From NCBI GenBank assembly GCA_964234715.1, contig OZ174277.1: DNA of 64,000 nt; one strand, written 5' to 3'. The notes below the pieces were generated by a model. The model saw nothing but the letters and a program-made list of their open reading frames with translations, was not told the origin of the DNA and searched no databases. This document shows positions 37,764 through 49,634 of the stretch, in pieces. Position 1 is the first letter of the stretch. Every line of letters begins with the position of its first letter. Both the position numbers and the translations under genes were made by a program. This stretch comes from Podarcis melisellensis. Lineage: Eukaryota.

Positions 37764-38053
37764 AACTCTGGGGTTGCGCGCTCATCTCGCTCTATAGGCC
37801 GAGGGAACCGGCGTTTGTCCACAGAAAGCTTCCCGGTCATGTGGCCAGCATGACTAAGCCGCTTCTGGCGAACCAGAGCAGCACACAGAAATGCCACTTA
37901 CCTTCCCACCAGAGTGGTACCTATTTATCTACTTGCACTTGACATGCTTTTGAACTGCTAGGTTGGCAGGAGCTGGGACCAAGCAATGGGAGCTCACCCC
38001 GTCACAGGGATTCAAACCCCTGACCTTCTGATTGGCAAGCCCTAGGCTCTGTG
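37764..38053 (-). mobile_element. Sauria SINE, both ends trimmed
   Basis: Reverse complement matches about 3030-3335. Confidence 0.85.
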
Positions 38054-38524
38054 CCCCCTCAAAACGGCATAGGGTGGCAACAAAAGCAGAGACTGGCTCT
38101 TCCTATTGTTAGCTGCGATTCTGCTATTCATGTTCTCTGGCCCCATCTACAGTTGGCCTTCCTTCTTCCATGGACCTGCCTCCCGGTCCTAATGAACTGG
38201 ATTTGTAACTGCCACAGATCAGAGTATGATTTCAGCACTTCTTACTGTGTGTGGAGCTAGCGGCTACTCTGAAGTAAGTCCCACTGTCCTCAATGATCAT
38301 TATATGTTTAGCTTCTAGTTAAACATGTAATGATCAAAAATTCCTGAGGCTCACCATTCACAAAACGGTGGTGCAGAGACAGAGCCAGTCACAGTATGAG
38401 GTAAATTGTATTTAATAAAAACGAGGAAGGGACTGGAATGGATTGGAAAGAGCGAAAAAGAATTGAGAGAAAACAAACAGGTAGAAATGTTGGGTTAAGG
38501 ATGCTGAGACAGGGGAAGAACCAG

Positions 38525-38652
38525 NNNNNNNNNNNNNNNNNNNNNNNNNNNNNNNNNNNNNNNNNNNNNNNNNNNNNNNNNNNNNNNNNNNNNNNNNNNN
38601 NNNNNNNNNNNNNNNNNNNNNNNNNNNNNNNNNNNNNNNNNNNNNNNNNNNN
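38525..38652. other. Assembly gap (128 N)
   Basis: Direct reading. Confidence 0.99.
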
Positions 38653-40078
38653 ATGAAGTGAGCTGTTTGGAAAGACAAGTTCAAAAATTTAAGTCATTCA
38701 AAAGTTGTATTATGTTAAGTGATGTAAAAAAAAAGAAAAGATGTACAATCTCTGTGAGCATGAATCAGGATGATTGCTCATTATTGTGTAACTTCTGCAC
38801 AAACAAATCAGAATAGCTGCTTAATACTCCAAGCATGTTGGAAGTGACCCAGAGCGGCTGGGGCAACCCAGTCAGATGGGCAGGTACAAATAATTACTAA
38901 TTTTCCTGGGCATTATCTAGCAAAGTGCTTCCACTAGGACAAGGGTGTCTGGTTTTACATTGGAACTTTCCCTCCCTTTCCTCTCCCTGTGTGCTCCTGT
39001 GCCCTTTGCAGATCTGTTCCAGAGCACTGACGGAACTCTCAGAACAGATTTAGGGAACACACACAGAGGCAGGGGGAAAGGAGATGGAGAGGAATTTCCA
39101 TTGCACAGGATTCATCCCCAGAGATGAGAGGCAGACCACGGAGAAGCACATAGGCCATACCCATCCAGAATAGCAACATGATCGTCTATCTACACCTGGG
39201 GAAATTCTGCAGCTGTTTCACTATGTTAAAAAAAGTTGGATTTTCTCAGAGACGGTTAGGAAAAGGTTGAACACGGAAAAGGTGGGAGGACCATGTTTTG
39301 ATAACACCACAGAGGTGCTCCATAAATAGTGAGTGAACAAAGCACTGCTATTTCACAGTCAGTGCCCAGTGTGGAGGCAGCTCAAGAAATTATATAGTGA
39401 GAACAGTTGATTTGCCAGAAAAGATTGATGATAGACAACAGATAATGCTGTTGTCTGGTAATTGTCCAGTGTAGTTCTGCAAGAAACAGGAAAAAATATG
39501 GATGGAGGTGGATCTGATAAAGACTATGATATGATGCATCCAATCTGTACTTAGGAAAAATCAGATCATCTAGCTCCTAATATCCTACCCCGCAAAACAA
39601 CATTTTTGTTCCCTGCAGTTGCTTCTGCTTAATTCTGCTGTAAACTTTGCAATGCAAGTCTCTCTTTTCTTCTGCACGTGTTCCTGTCCCCTGGGGAAAT
39701 GTCTCTTCACAGTCCTTGTTACATGTACATTTCATTTCTCTGCAGTATTGGAACAAACAATGTATTTCCAGAATAAAAACAAATAGAACCAAGAAAACAA
39801 GCAGCGTGTAAAGTCCACTGCAAACAAACATAGTCTTAATGCATTCTGAATGGCAGCAGACTGTATTTCGGTCCCCTTCAAAGATGGTAAGGAGGAGGAG
39901 GGAGGGTCAGCTAAGGTTGCTGCAAGAGGAAACAACACACAAACTTTTTAAAAGTCAGCAGCCACAGGATGGGTAAAGACACATTTTACCCACCGCGAGC
40001 ATTTTGATCAACAGCATGCATGCACAATTATTTGGGATTATATGAGTTACGAGCAAATTTTAATAATAATCTGAAGGC

Positions 40079-40511
40079 TGTTAGAATTCCTGCTCCGTGA
40101 TTGCAGCCATAGGATTGTTTTCTATCACATGACGGTATATGTTTTGACTCCACAAAGTGGGAAGTGACGGAGACAGGATGTTTGTGTTACTGTGTTCCGT
40201 GAAGTGGGACTATTGTCCTTTGTTCTTTCTTTTTGCTGTCTGATGCTAGAGAGAGAGAGAGGGAGCCATGTTGTAGTGCTCCGTGTGTGTTTATATGTAA
40301 ATAAAGTAGATTAGCCAAAATGCTGAGTTGCTGAGGTCTGTTACACAAGCTGCGAAGACTCTGCAGATTCCTAAGTGTGCCGGTCGCTGTGATGTTCGGG
40401 CTGAAGAAAGCTTTTGAAGCTCCCAAACGAACAACCAGGAGGGAGAGAACATGTCAGTTGGGCGTGTGTCTCTACCAGGCTCCTACTCGAGTGTAGGACG
40501 AGCTCCTGACA
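40079..40511 (+). mobile_element. Solo LTR (433 bp)
   Basis: TGTTAGAA...TCCTGACA ends, perfect 5-bp TSD AAGGC (40074-40078, 40512-40516), internal AATAAA at about 40300. Confidence 0.88.
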
Positions 40512-42358
40512 AAGGCAACAATGATTGCAAAGATGTCCCTAAAATGGGGAAAATTCACAAGCAAACAAATTGATCAGCCAACAAGCTGTTTAAAATATCC
40601 AGCCTTCCCACCCACACTAAATAATGAGCCTAGCAATGGGGAGTTTGGATTGAGCCGAGGTGTCCCTCCATGAGTTGAACTGGCCTTCTGCCAGACAACA
40701 CTGAGTGAACAATAAAAGCGTTGCTCAATTCATGCTGACTTCCCCCTTCTTCAAACCAAACATGCATGAGACCCACTATTGGTATAGAAAAAACACCCCC
40801 TTCTGAAGCTGGTATTTTCCCTGGAGGAAGACTTCTATCAGTGCCAACAGCAATACAGTAAAGCATATAGTAGAATAATAATCTTCAAATATCAAACTGT
40901 GTGAGGTTAATGATTTAATGTGTCCTTCCTTTAATCATATCAGTAATACAAATGCAGAGATAAGAGTTACTCTCCAATATTTAATGGATTTTGCCATTGA
41001 ATTGCCTTCATGACTGCCCCTCAACTAAACACTCTGACATTGCTGAGATATTAGTATTTGTCAACACTTCAAAAGCTCATCAATAATCCCTCTAATGAGA
41101 TTTGTTTTGGAACTCAGATAATATATTTATTCTAGTGTTTATTTTTACCTACCCGTCCGTCATCATTACTTCTGCTTTAAGTCATTCTGAAGACTGGGTT
41201 TTAATATATGCACAGTGTTAAGAAAAGTAGCTTAACTACGCTGCTAGAACATGATGTGACTCTTTAGGGTAAGTAGCTCATTTAGGGAATTATGTTACAA
41301 CAAATTAGGTTATAGTCACGTTATCGGCAGAACTCACTATATGGTTGTCTGCAAATAAAGGATTCTAATTTAAAAATCTGAGCTGAGGACACAACTAGAA
41401 TCCATATGGGAGATCCTGGCTTTGGATTTCCTGAGGGGTTTTTCTCCTCAACATTTTAAAGATCAAACAGTAACAGGGCACAATATCAGGAACATGTTCA
41501 TATCAGGAACATGGTGGCTGTGGAGTGTTTTCAAAATCCCTTTCTCCCTGTTCTGTTTTCTCAATTAAAATGCTGTCCAAAGCTATTCTCCCCAGATCAC
41601 ATCTAGTTTGGCCCAGAGAGCTGATTGATATGCTAGTATTTATTTATTTCTTCCTCACATTTATCTCCTTCCATCATGGAGCCCAAGGTAGTGTCCATAG
41701 GGTTCCCAGGGAGTCTCGCACTGACCAGGTCCAGACCTGCTTAGCTTCTGTTAGGCAGAGGCCAAATGTGCCTTCACACCATATACAGATCATTACTTTC
41801 ACCATAGGGATCAGCATGACAGGGTGAGTTGTCTTCCCAGTCCACTCCTCAGCCCCACCCCGATATCTTGAAGCAGAACATGGCTCTTAATGTAATTCCC
41901 TCCCTCGATCCATTACAATCATGACTGCCGGTAGGAAAACTCACAAGATTCACGACATGTTGATGCATTCACAGGTTAAAAAGCAAAGCACATCTCTGCA
42001 TACTCGTTGCAGCATCATGTTGCTGGTGTGCTAATAGTACAGGACTAGCCACACGTCATTCAGCTTTCTTAGTTCTGTCTTTGCTATCTGGAGGTGCACT
42101 CTCACATTATAGCAACATTTATAGCATGGAAAGTTATAGGATTTCAGCAGGAACCATGGGACTTAGGTGGATTGGAAACATCAACCCCAACACTTTTGCA
42201 GGTGCAAACAGTATTGAAAGCAGTATAACTATATGACTGCCCCTATACTATCATGGGCACAAATAATCATGTATGCACAATAAAAAAGATGTTTGGAGGG
42301 GCCCAGAGTGCTAAAGCTAATTGCTAATTGCTAGGTTGAGCATATATGTGGCAAGTAT

Positions 42359-42823
42359 TGTAGCCTTTTTAGACTTTACCGATTGGTTGGGTGAGCGTTG
42401 CTCCCACAGAGGGAGGAAGGAGTCAAAAGACGCCGAGGTTGGTTCAGAGAAATAGTTCTTTATTTCTGCTCTCCAGAGCAGCAGAAAGGCACTTGCGTGG
42501 TCAGTTCACAGCAAGCCCAAAGAAAGAGAAATTTCACACAGTATATATATCCTCCAGGCACCCGCTCCCCTCCTTCCCCAGGAATCTAGCCTCATACGTT
42601 CATACACGTAAGTTGACATCCATGAACATAAACAGATGTTCCTGTACATAAGTTGACATCCATGATCATAAACAGATGTTCCTGTACTATTATCTTGGGG
42701 TTAAGAGAGTCACTCAGCTATAGAAGTTTCCCTTGACGCCATCTCTTTCTCCAGCCGTGAGGACTGACAGACCCTGTCTTGCAGAGTCTGTGCGTCAGTG
42801 TGTCAGGATATCTACAACCTACA
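42359..42823 (-). mobile_element. Probable solo LTR with an internal 40-bp tandem repeat
   Basis: TGTAG...CTACA ends. On the minus strand a TATA-like run (about 42541-42550) precedes AATAAA (about 42459-42464). TSD not clean, so the right boundary is uncertain. Confidence 0.55.
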
Positions 42824-45800
42824 AGATAAGATAAGCCCCAGCTCTGCCGTCCCGTCTCCACTTCGGAACTGACAAGGCCATCCATTAAGCGTCACGGACT
42901 GATAAAGGAGAGGGCTTTGTTTATACAGCTGGGTTCCTGTTATACATTGGCTCAAGTGCTCAAGTTAATACTTTTTAGCTAATGGACCCTTGGAGAAGGA
43001 AAAATGGGGATTTTGGAGCCTGTTTCAGACTGACTGCACAGTCAGGTTTTAGATTTGGGAACCCCATTCCTTCATTATGTCTTTGCAATCTTACATAGTT
43101 GGCAGAATAAAAACCTCTTCGACTAAAGCAGATGATGAAACAAAAACACACAGCAAAGAATGCGGCAAGAAGCTTGTGTTCGATTACCAAGAAACTGAAA
43201 ACAAATCAAAAGTGTATTTTTGTTGCTGCTGTATTACCTTTTGAAACTCTTTTGTTTCCCTGTTCATGTAGCTAAAGGTGATTTTGTGGATTGCTGCTAT
43301 ATTAGTTTTTGGGAAGCAGCAGCTTTTAAAGGCAAAAAAAGGGAGATGGGGGGGGAGAAGGGGGAGTCAAAGAAGCCTGTAAGAAGCACTAAGGACAGTC
43401 AAAGCAGAGCCATTAAAACAGAGGGGCAGGTAGCTGCATTGTGTATCTGAAAAGCTAATGGGACACGAAAACCCATCCTTTTTATCCAAGCGTTTCCAAA
43501 ACTGCTGAACTTGCTTAGTATAAGCATATTAGATGCAAATTCACCCACTGGAAACTCTTGCCTCTCATCCTCCAAAAGCCATCTGTCTAATTAACAGAGA
43601 AGCAAGCATGGCAAAACCTCCTGCCGTTTTGCATTAAGCTGTCGGGCTGGCTGGGTGATAAGCATAGCATTCTCATCAGGTGCTTTGCCACCATGATGAA
43701 GCACTTGAAAACGGGACAGGAAATTCCTCACAGTACCATTCTGCTTGCCTCACGTCCTTGAGTGGGGAGAAGCTCCACGGGTCTAGAGCTTACCCTGGTT
43801 TGGTTTCCTTTGGAAGGAGGGCATTTGGGGCATGTGGTGCTTCTGTGATATTGGAATGTTTTAACAAATACATTGCTCCCCTTACTGGTGCTTCAAGTGA
43901 CAAAGCCCTTTTACTCATGGTCCACAGTCTCCTGCGGTAAATCTGAGGCTTTGGGAGGCAAAGAGCAGTTGGGGGGGGGGGGATTTTCAGTAGGACACCG
44001 GTGCAGGACCATGACCTGAATTAGGAGCATGTCCTGAATCAGGGCACCACGTTGGATTTTTCAAAATATAACTGGCCAGGTTAATGGCATTAAAAATGAG
44101 TGAATAGTATAAGCCCCTCGTCTTCAGGAAGTTAATATTGTTACAAAAGTTGGGTGCCATCCCTACTGTCTGTCTAGCGATAGCAAAAGCCCATGGGGTT
44201 CCAGGCACTCACCCTGAGTCTGTGTTCCATTGGAGAACTGAGACATGGCCGAGACTGTCGGAGCATCAAGAAATATGGTTTATTCACCTATTGACACTTT
44301 CTGTCTGCATAGAGGGAGTCCAGGTCTTACAGCATGGTCATTTCAAGTGGGGCTTGTTCCCCACAGCAGTGCAGCCAGTCTTCAGCCAGCCTGCCCAAGA
44401 TGGATTCCATTCTCTCTTTTTCTTCCCAGAACACCTTGCTCAAAAACTCTGTTTTCCTGTCCCTTCAAACAATGTCCCATCACCTTTGCAACACCTGTCT
44501 CCGATGGCCCATCAACCCCTTTTGTCATATATATGTATATATGTGTAATATATACAGAAATAAATAATAAAACAATAGGCTTTGTTCATAACATTTGATG
44601 AATGTGCATATTCCCAAATATGTCACATGAACTGAGCTAATTAGTCTCATTTCACAAAGCCCCTGCCCCCAAGCAGACCCTCTGACTTGTTCTTCATCTT
44701 CTGTTCTGTACTGGAAATCTACTTTTAGGGGCAATGAAATGTCATCCAAGGTTATATAGCTCTTATATGAACATTTCTGAAGACTTCACTCCCGGGGATC
44801 CTGGGGAATTTTTTGGACTGCCCTAAAACAACAAGAGCACTGACTGAGAAACAAAATATGTTTTTTTCATTTCTGAATGACACCAAGCGTGTAACTGAGC
44901 TTGCATCTCTAGTTGATAATCTTGGTTGCTCGTTGTGCTAGAAGTACAAAATATGCAAAACACTGGGGGAATCAAACCAATACTAGAATTGAATGGAATC
45001 ACTGAATGCATTTCCCTCATTAATCAAACATGCTTACTGATCCCTTAAGTCCGTATGAGCTGCAGAGAAGCATTTAAAACAACAACAACAACATGATTTT
45101 TAGCATAGTATAAAAGGGATTTATTCCACTGCAGGTGAACTCTATTTAAGGAATTCAACAAAGGGTACTGGGAAGGGTTGGTGTGCTTAATCCTTTCCCC
45201 CACCCTTCTGAGCCCCACCTGCATCCTCAAAGTTTTTTCCAGACTTGGCTCTGACACTGGGTTGGCTTCCAGGTGGGTGTTTATTATGAGATCACTGCTC
45301 CTCATGCAAGCAAGTTTTTGTTGGTGTTTCTTCCCCCAGTAGCATCCCCTTGAGGCCATTAGCATCAAAATGCCAGCTTGAAATTCAACCCCCATTTAAT
45401 CTATATTTATCCTTTCTGGGGCACACCTGATAAGTTTTTTAAAAACCTAACATGGCTGCCAAAGGCCCATTTGTGATACCTCCATTACCTATTTGGAAAC
45501 AACACTCAAGGTACACCACGTACATCAGTCACGTGGAAAAGGTGCCAGTCTGAGGGGTTGCAGGAGATAAGTGGTTGGGCAAAGGCTCGGCACTTCTAGC
45601 CATGCTCCACATCTCCTGCAAAAGGCCCCTCCCTGAGTTTTATTATGCTTAATTACAGGTCTGATGCAAACACACAACACTAAGCCTCATATTTGCTTCT
45701 GAATATCTAGCAGAGGTGGATTTATGGGAGCACAACCAGATTGGGCACACTGGTCATGGAAACTCAGGGACGCTGCAAGGGGTGCTGCAACTATGATGTA

Positions 45801-48084
45801 GAATGGAAGGTAAGAGGCAGGGAGTGGGTGTTGAATTTGGTGTTTGAAATTTGAGACCCCTAAGTCTGCCACTGTATCTGGTTCCTCTCTGAGGAGACTG
45901 GTTAAGAAGATGGGATGGAAGGATTTTCATTCAGGGCAGGGAGCTGGATAAGATGATTCAAGGTCCTTGTTCCAGAAGCCTTTCTTAATGTATACATTTC
46001 TCTATTGCAAAATTACTATTTTGCTGCATAATCCTGTCCAGCCAGTTGGCTCATGAAGGAAGCAATCCTATGAGCCTTGCCACCATCAGAGGTAGTAATG
46101 GTGAGGATATTGAAAAGGATATTCTCCGTCATGGTTGTCTGCCTTGGGAGATGGGTCTGGTCTTCAGATGCCAGCCCAAGACGTTTTACTTCAAGGAAGC
46201 TATGGTTTGTCCTATGGTTGCAGGTCGTGGAAAAGGTGGAGAGACCTTAACCATGATCTTCACTTTGGACGACGTGCTTGGCCAGCCCTTGGCTGCCATC
46301 CTCCACTGACCTAAGACAGCCTGGGAAGGAGAAACGGGGTTTGAGCTCCTTACCAGGAGTCAGCAAGTCAGTCACAGTAAGCCATATGCCTTCCATGACA
46401 TGTGACCCAGGTCATTATTGAATGCACACACTACTTAGTGTTAGGGCCTAGGGACTAAGCAGGGAATCTGCTGGTGTACTTTCAACAATGCTGAGACTGC
46501 TGTAACAATGCTTTGTTATGCTTATTTTGTAGTGGGTTTAGCAGTTGCATTTCTGTGTTGTACCTTCTTTCCATTGCGTGTTTGTGTTGTGATTGCCTTC
46601 TGGGTCTCAGGGTGAACCCTGAGGAAACAGGTGGATAAATGAGGTAGTCAGTCAGCAAGTGCCACTTAGCAGCGAGTGGCTCCCACGAGACGCAGGGAGA
46701 GCCACGGCAAAACATGGCAAATCTAAAAGAAGGATGTGGAATGTAGATTCTCTGTGCCTCTTGACAATTTAAACACCTTTCTCTCCCCCCTCCTGTTGTG
46801 CAAACAAATGTTCTACAGTGATTAAAATCTGGTAGGTAGGTTTGCTGGGGAACTCATAAAATCACTTTGGGGACTGAATCCAACACCCGCCGGTCTCCAA
46901 TTTACTATCTCTGGCATGGTACTGAGAATTTGCTTCCTTGCGATGCTTGCAATTTCATTATACTCCTTCCCTAACAACAGGTACTGTACCAATTTTAAAA
47001 CAAAAAAGTAAATATTTCTCCCCTCCCCCCTGCTTCCAGAGGCTTTTGTACAATGAGAAATGAGCTCTTTCACAGTGTAATCTCTGGTGTCTTGCAGTCA
47101 GTTTATCAATAATGTATAGCTATTCTCAGCGCATTCACATTTTGAAATCAATTGAGATGGTTATTGATGCCATGTCGGAAAATGTCTCCTTTGGAAATAA
47201 GATATCGGTGGTTTTAGTCCGTAGTGAAAAGGCCAGATGATCATCCCCGCTTCCCTTTCCACTGTCTGATTTTGACAACAAGTGGCCCTAAATAATAATC
47301 ACAACTGTATAAAATGGATTAGAACCATTACATTTATCTGATTGTGAAATGGCTCAGGTAAAACAAATAATTCAAGTTGATGGCTTCTCCTGAAGCCTAT
47401 CGGCTGAATGAAATAAAGATATGAAAACCATATTCTGTTAAGCGGGGGGACTTATCACACAATGGTACATAACCTATCATTAAAAAAAATCCTTCCCATT
47501 TCATCGGCTGATTTATATTCTCAGTCCCCAAACAGTTGGCCAAAGCAGCCAATGTTCCAGGCATGCTTTGTAATGAATTATAAACACATTCAGATACAGA
47601 TACAGTTAAAAAGTTGCTTGCCTCTTTTGCATATCAAATAGGGCCGCATAGGCTTATGAAAAGTGAAATTCATGCTCAGACTCCCAAATCCTTTACAACA
47701 ATCATGTTTTGAAATCTGGGTAGAAGCCACACATTTCCCCAAACTGCATTGCATTTATAAGCAACGAATAAATACAACAGTATGTGGGGTTGTTTTTTTT
47801 TAAAGGACATCTGGAGAACCGAAATAAAGTTATATGGAATGGTACAAATATAACACTTCTTCAGGACTGTGTGGTTTAGCATATTGTTACAATGATGCCC
47901 TTAAAACTACGTTGCTTAGTAATAAACCCCAGGAAGTAAGACATTGAACAGTTGCAGCTTAGTAATGTCTAGGAGATGTTGTCCATAAATAATAATCAGG
48001 ATGGTAGGTTTCAAAGCGTAATTGCACTTCCATGGATCCTGAAATCCAACCTGAAGGAACTGCAAGATTCTCTTGCAGACATGG

Positions 48085-48245
48085 GCCACACCCACACCAT
48101 ACACTGAACATGACTCCCCCCAAAGAATCCTGGGAATGGTAGTTTGCTAAGGATGCTGGGAACTGGAGTTCTGTGAGGGGTAAACTGCAGTCTGCAGGAT
48201 TCTTTGGGGGAAGCAATATGCTTTAACTATAGGAGTGGATGTGAT
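48085..48245. mobile_element. Palindromic MITE; partial copies near 8955-9035, 13000-13095 and 50335-50450
   Basis: Inverted arms 'cccccaaagaatcctg' / 'caggattctttggggg'. Confidence 0.65.
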
Positions 48246-48321
48246 CTGTGATGCTCTCTAGAACACTATATTTCAAATGTGTTTTTGGACTGTACCACTT
48301 CAGCTTGTAGAGAACTGAATA

Positions 48322-48559
48322 CAGTGGTACCTCAAGTTACAGACACTTCAGGTTACAGACGCTTCAGGTTACAGACTCCACTAACCCAGAAGTAGTACCT
48401 TGGGTTAAGAACTTTGCTTCAGGATGAGAACAGAACTCGCGCTGCGGCGGTGCAACGGCAGTGGGAGGCCCCACTATCTAAAGTGGTGCTTCAGGTTAAG
48501 AACAATTTCAGGTTGAGAATGGACCTCCAGAATGCACGGTACCTCCCGAGGTACCACTG
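48322..48559. mobile_element. Tigger-like MITE
   Basis: TIRs CAGTGGTACCTC / GAGGTACCACTG, TA TSD. Confidence 0.9.
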
Positions 48560-49544
48560 TATTTGAATGCGCTTCCATATAAAAAGCTCTCTGCACACAG
48601 GGCATCAGTTCTAGTTTTCTCTCTCTCCTGGATATGCTAATTTTCTGTGCGTAGGAGCTTCATGGGGACCAATCGCTGATCTTTACTCTGATGTGGCAAA
48701 ATCCAATAATTTCTTACACACTGTTTCCAAAGCATGCAAATAATGAACCCTCCAAGGGACTGTGCGCCACTTGTGTGGCATGCAAGGAAACCAGAATGCA
48801 GATAAATGTTTTGGTTATATTCCTGGAAGTGGCATGGGAGTAGCTTTGAAAGAAGCAGTGATCTTGTTGCTGCCCAGGTGGTTCATCCTCCTATGCTAAC
48901 AGAAGGGGCTTGGGCTCCTTCCCACAATGCCATTTCCAGTAATGAAGTCTGCTCCCTTTCTCCTGCTCCACATAACCACACAATTAGCAGCTGGACTGGT
49001 TGTAACCGGCTTTCCCTCATAAATCTCAGGTGCAGTACGACAGTGCCAGAGGTTGTAGTTAACTCCTCTCTCGGCAGGCATTTTCAGAAGCGGAAATGCA
49101 TGTCAAATGGCAACGTCTGTCCTGCCAGCCATTTTGTCTTTTATGCAGGCCTGGCACAGATTTGTCCATAATATGTTTACAGATTATCAGCTGTTAAAGT
49201 GTGTAAAAGGAAGAATTAAATGCTTTCTCTGTGAAAAATTCAAAGGAAGGTCTGAGTACCCACAGGGATGGTAAACCTGACAAGGATTAACTACTTCAGA
49301 CAGCTTGTATGATTCTCAGCTCCTATACATAAAAATAATCTCTACATAGATTATGTAGAAGGGATGATCAAGGGGCAAATGGTCCTGCACTGAGGTAACA
49401 TGGCTTCCCTCACCCTGCAATGGCCCTCAGGTATGACTTGTATGAGGGACAAAGCTTACCTGATCAGTTTACAAGCCACCTGTAGGCTCTGCTCCCCAGA
49501 CAACAACACACAAGATGCAGATACCTTCACAACAGGGTTCTTTA

Positions 49545-49634
49545 CATAGCTGTCAACTTTTCCCTTTTCTTGCGAGGAATCCTATTCAGAATAAGGGAAT
49601 TTCCCTTAAAAAAGGGGAAACATTGACAGCTATG
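49545..49634. mobile_element. Very short hAT MITE (90 bp)
   Basis: Perfect 12-bp TIR CATAGCTGTCAA / TTGACAGCTATG; perfect 8-bp TSD GTTCTTTA. Confidence 0.92.

Noticed and set aside
38412-38684. ORFs spanning the N run
   Set aside because: Artefact of the assembly gap.
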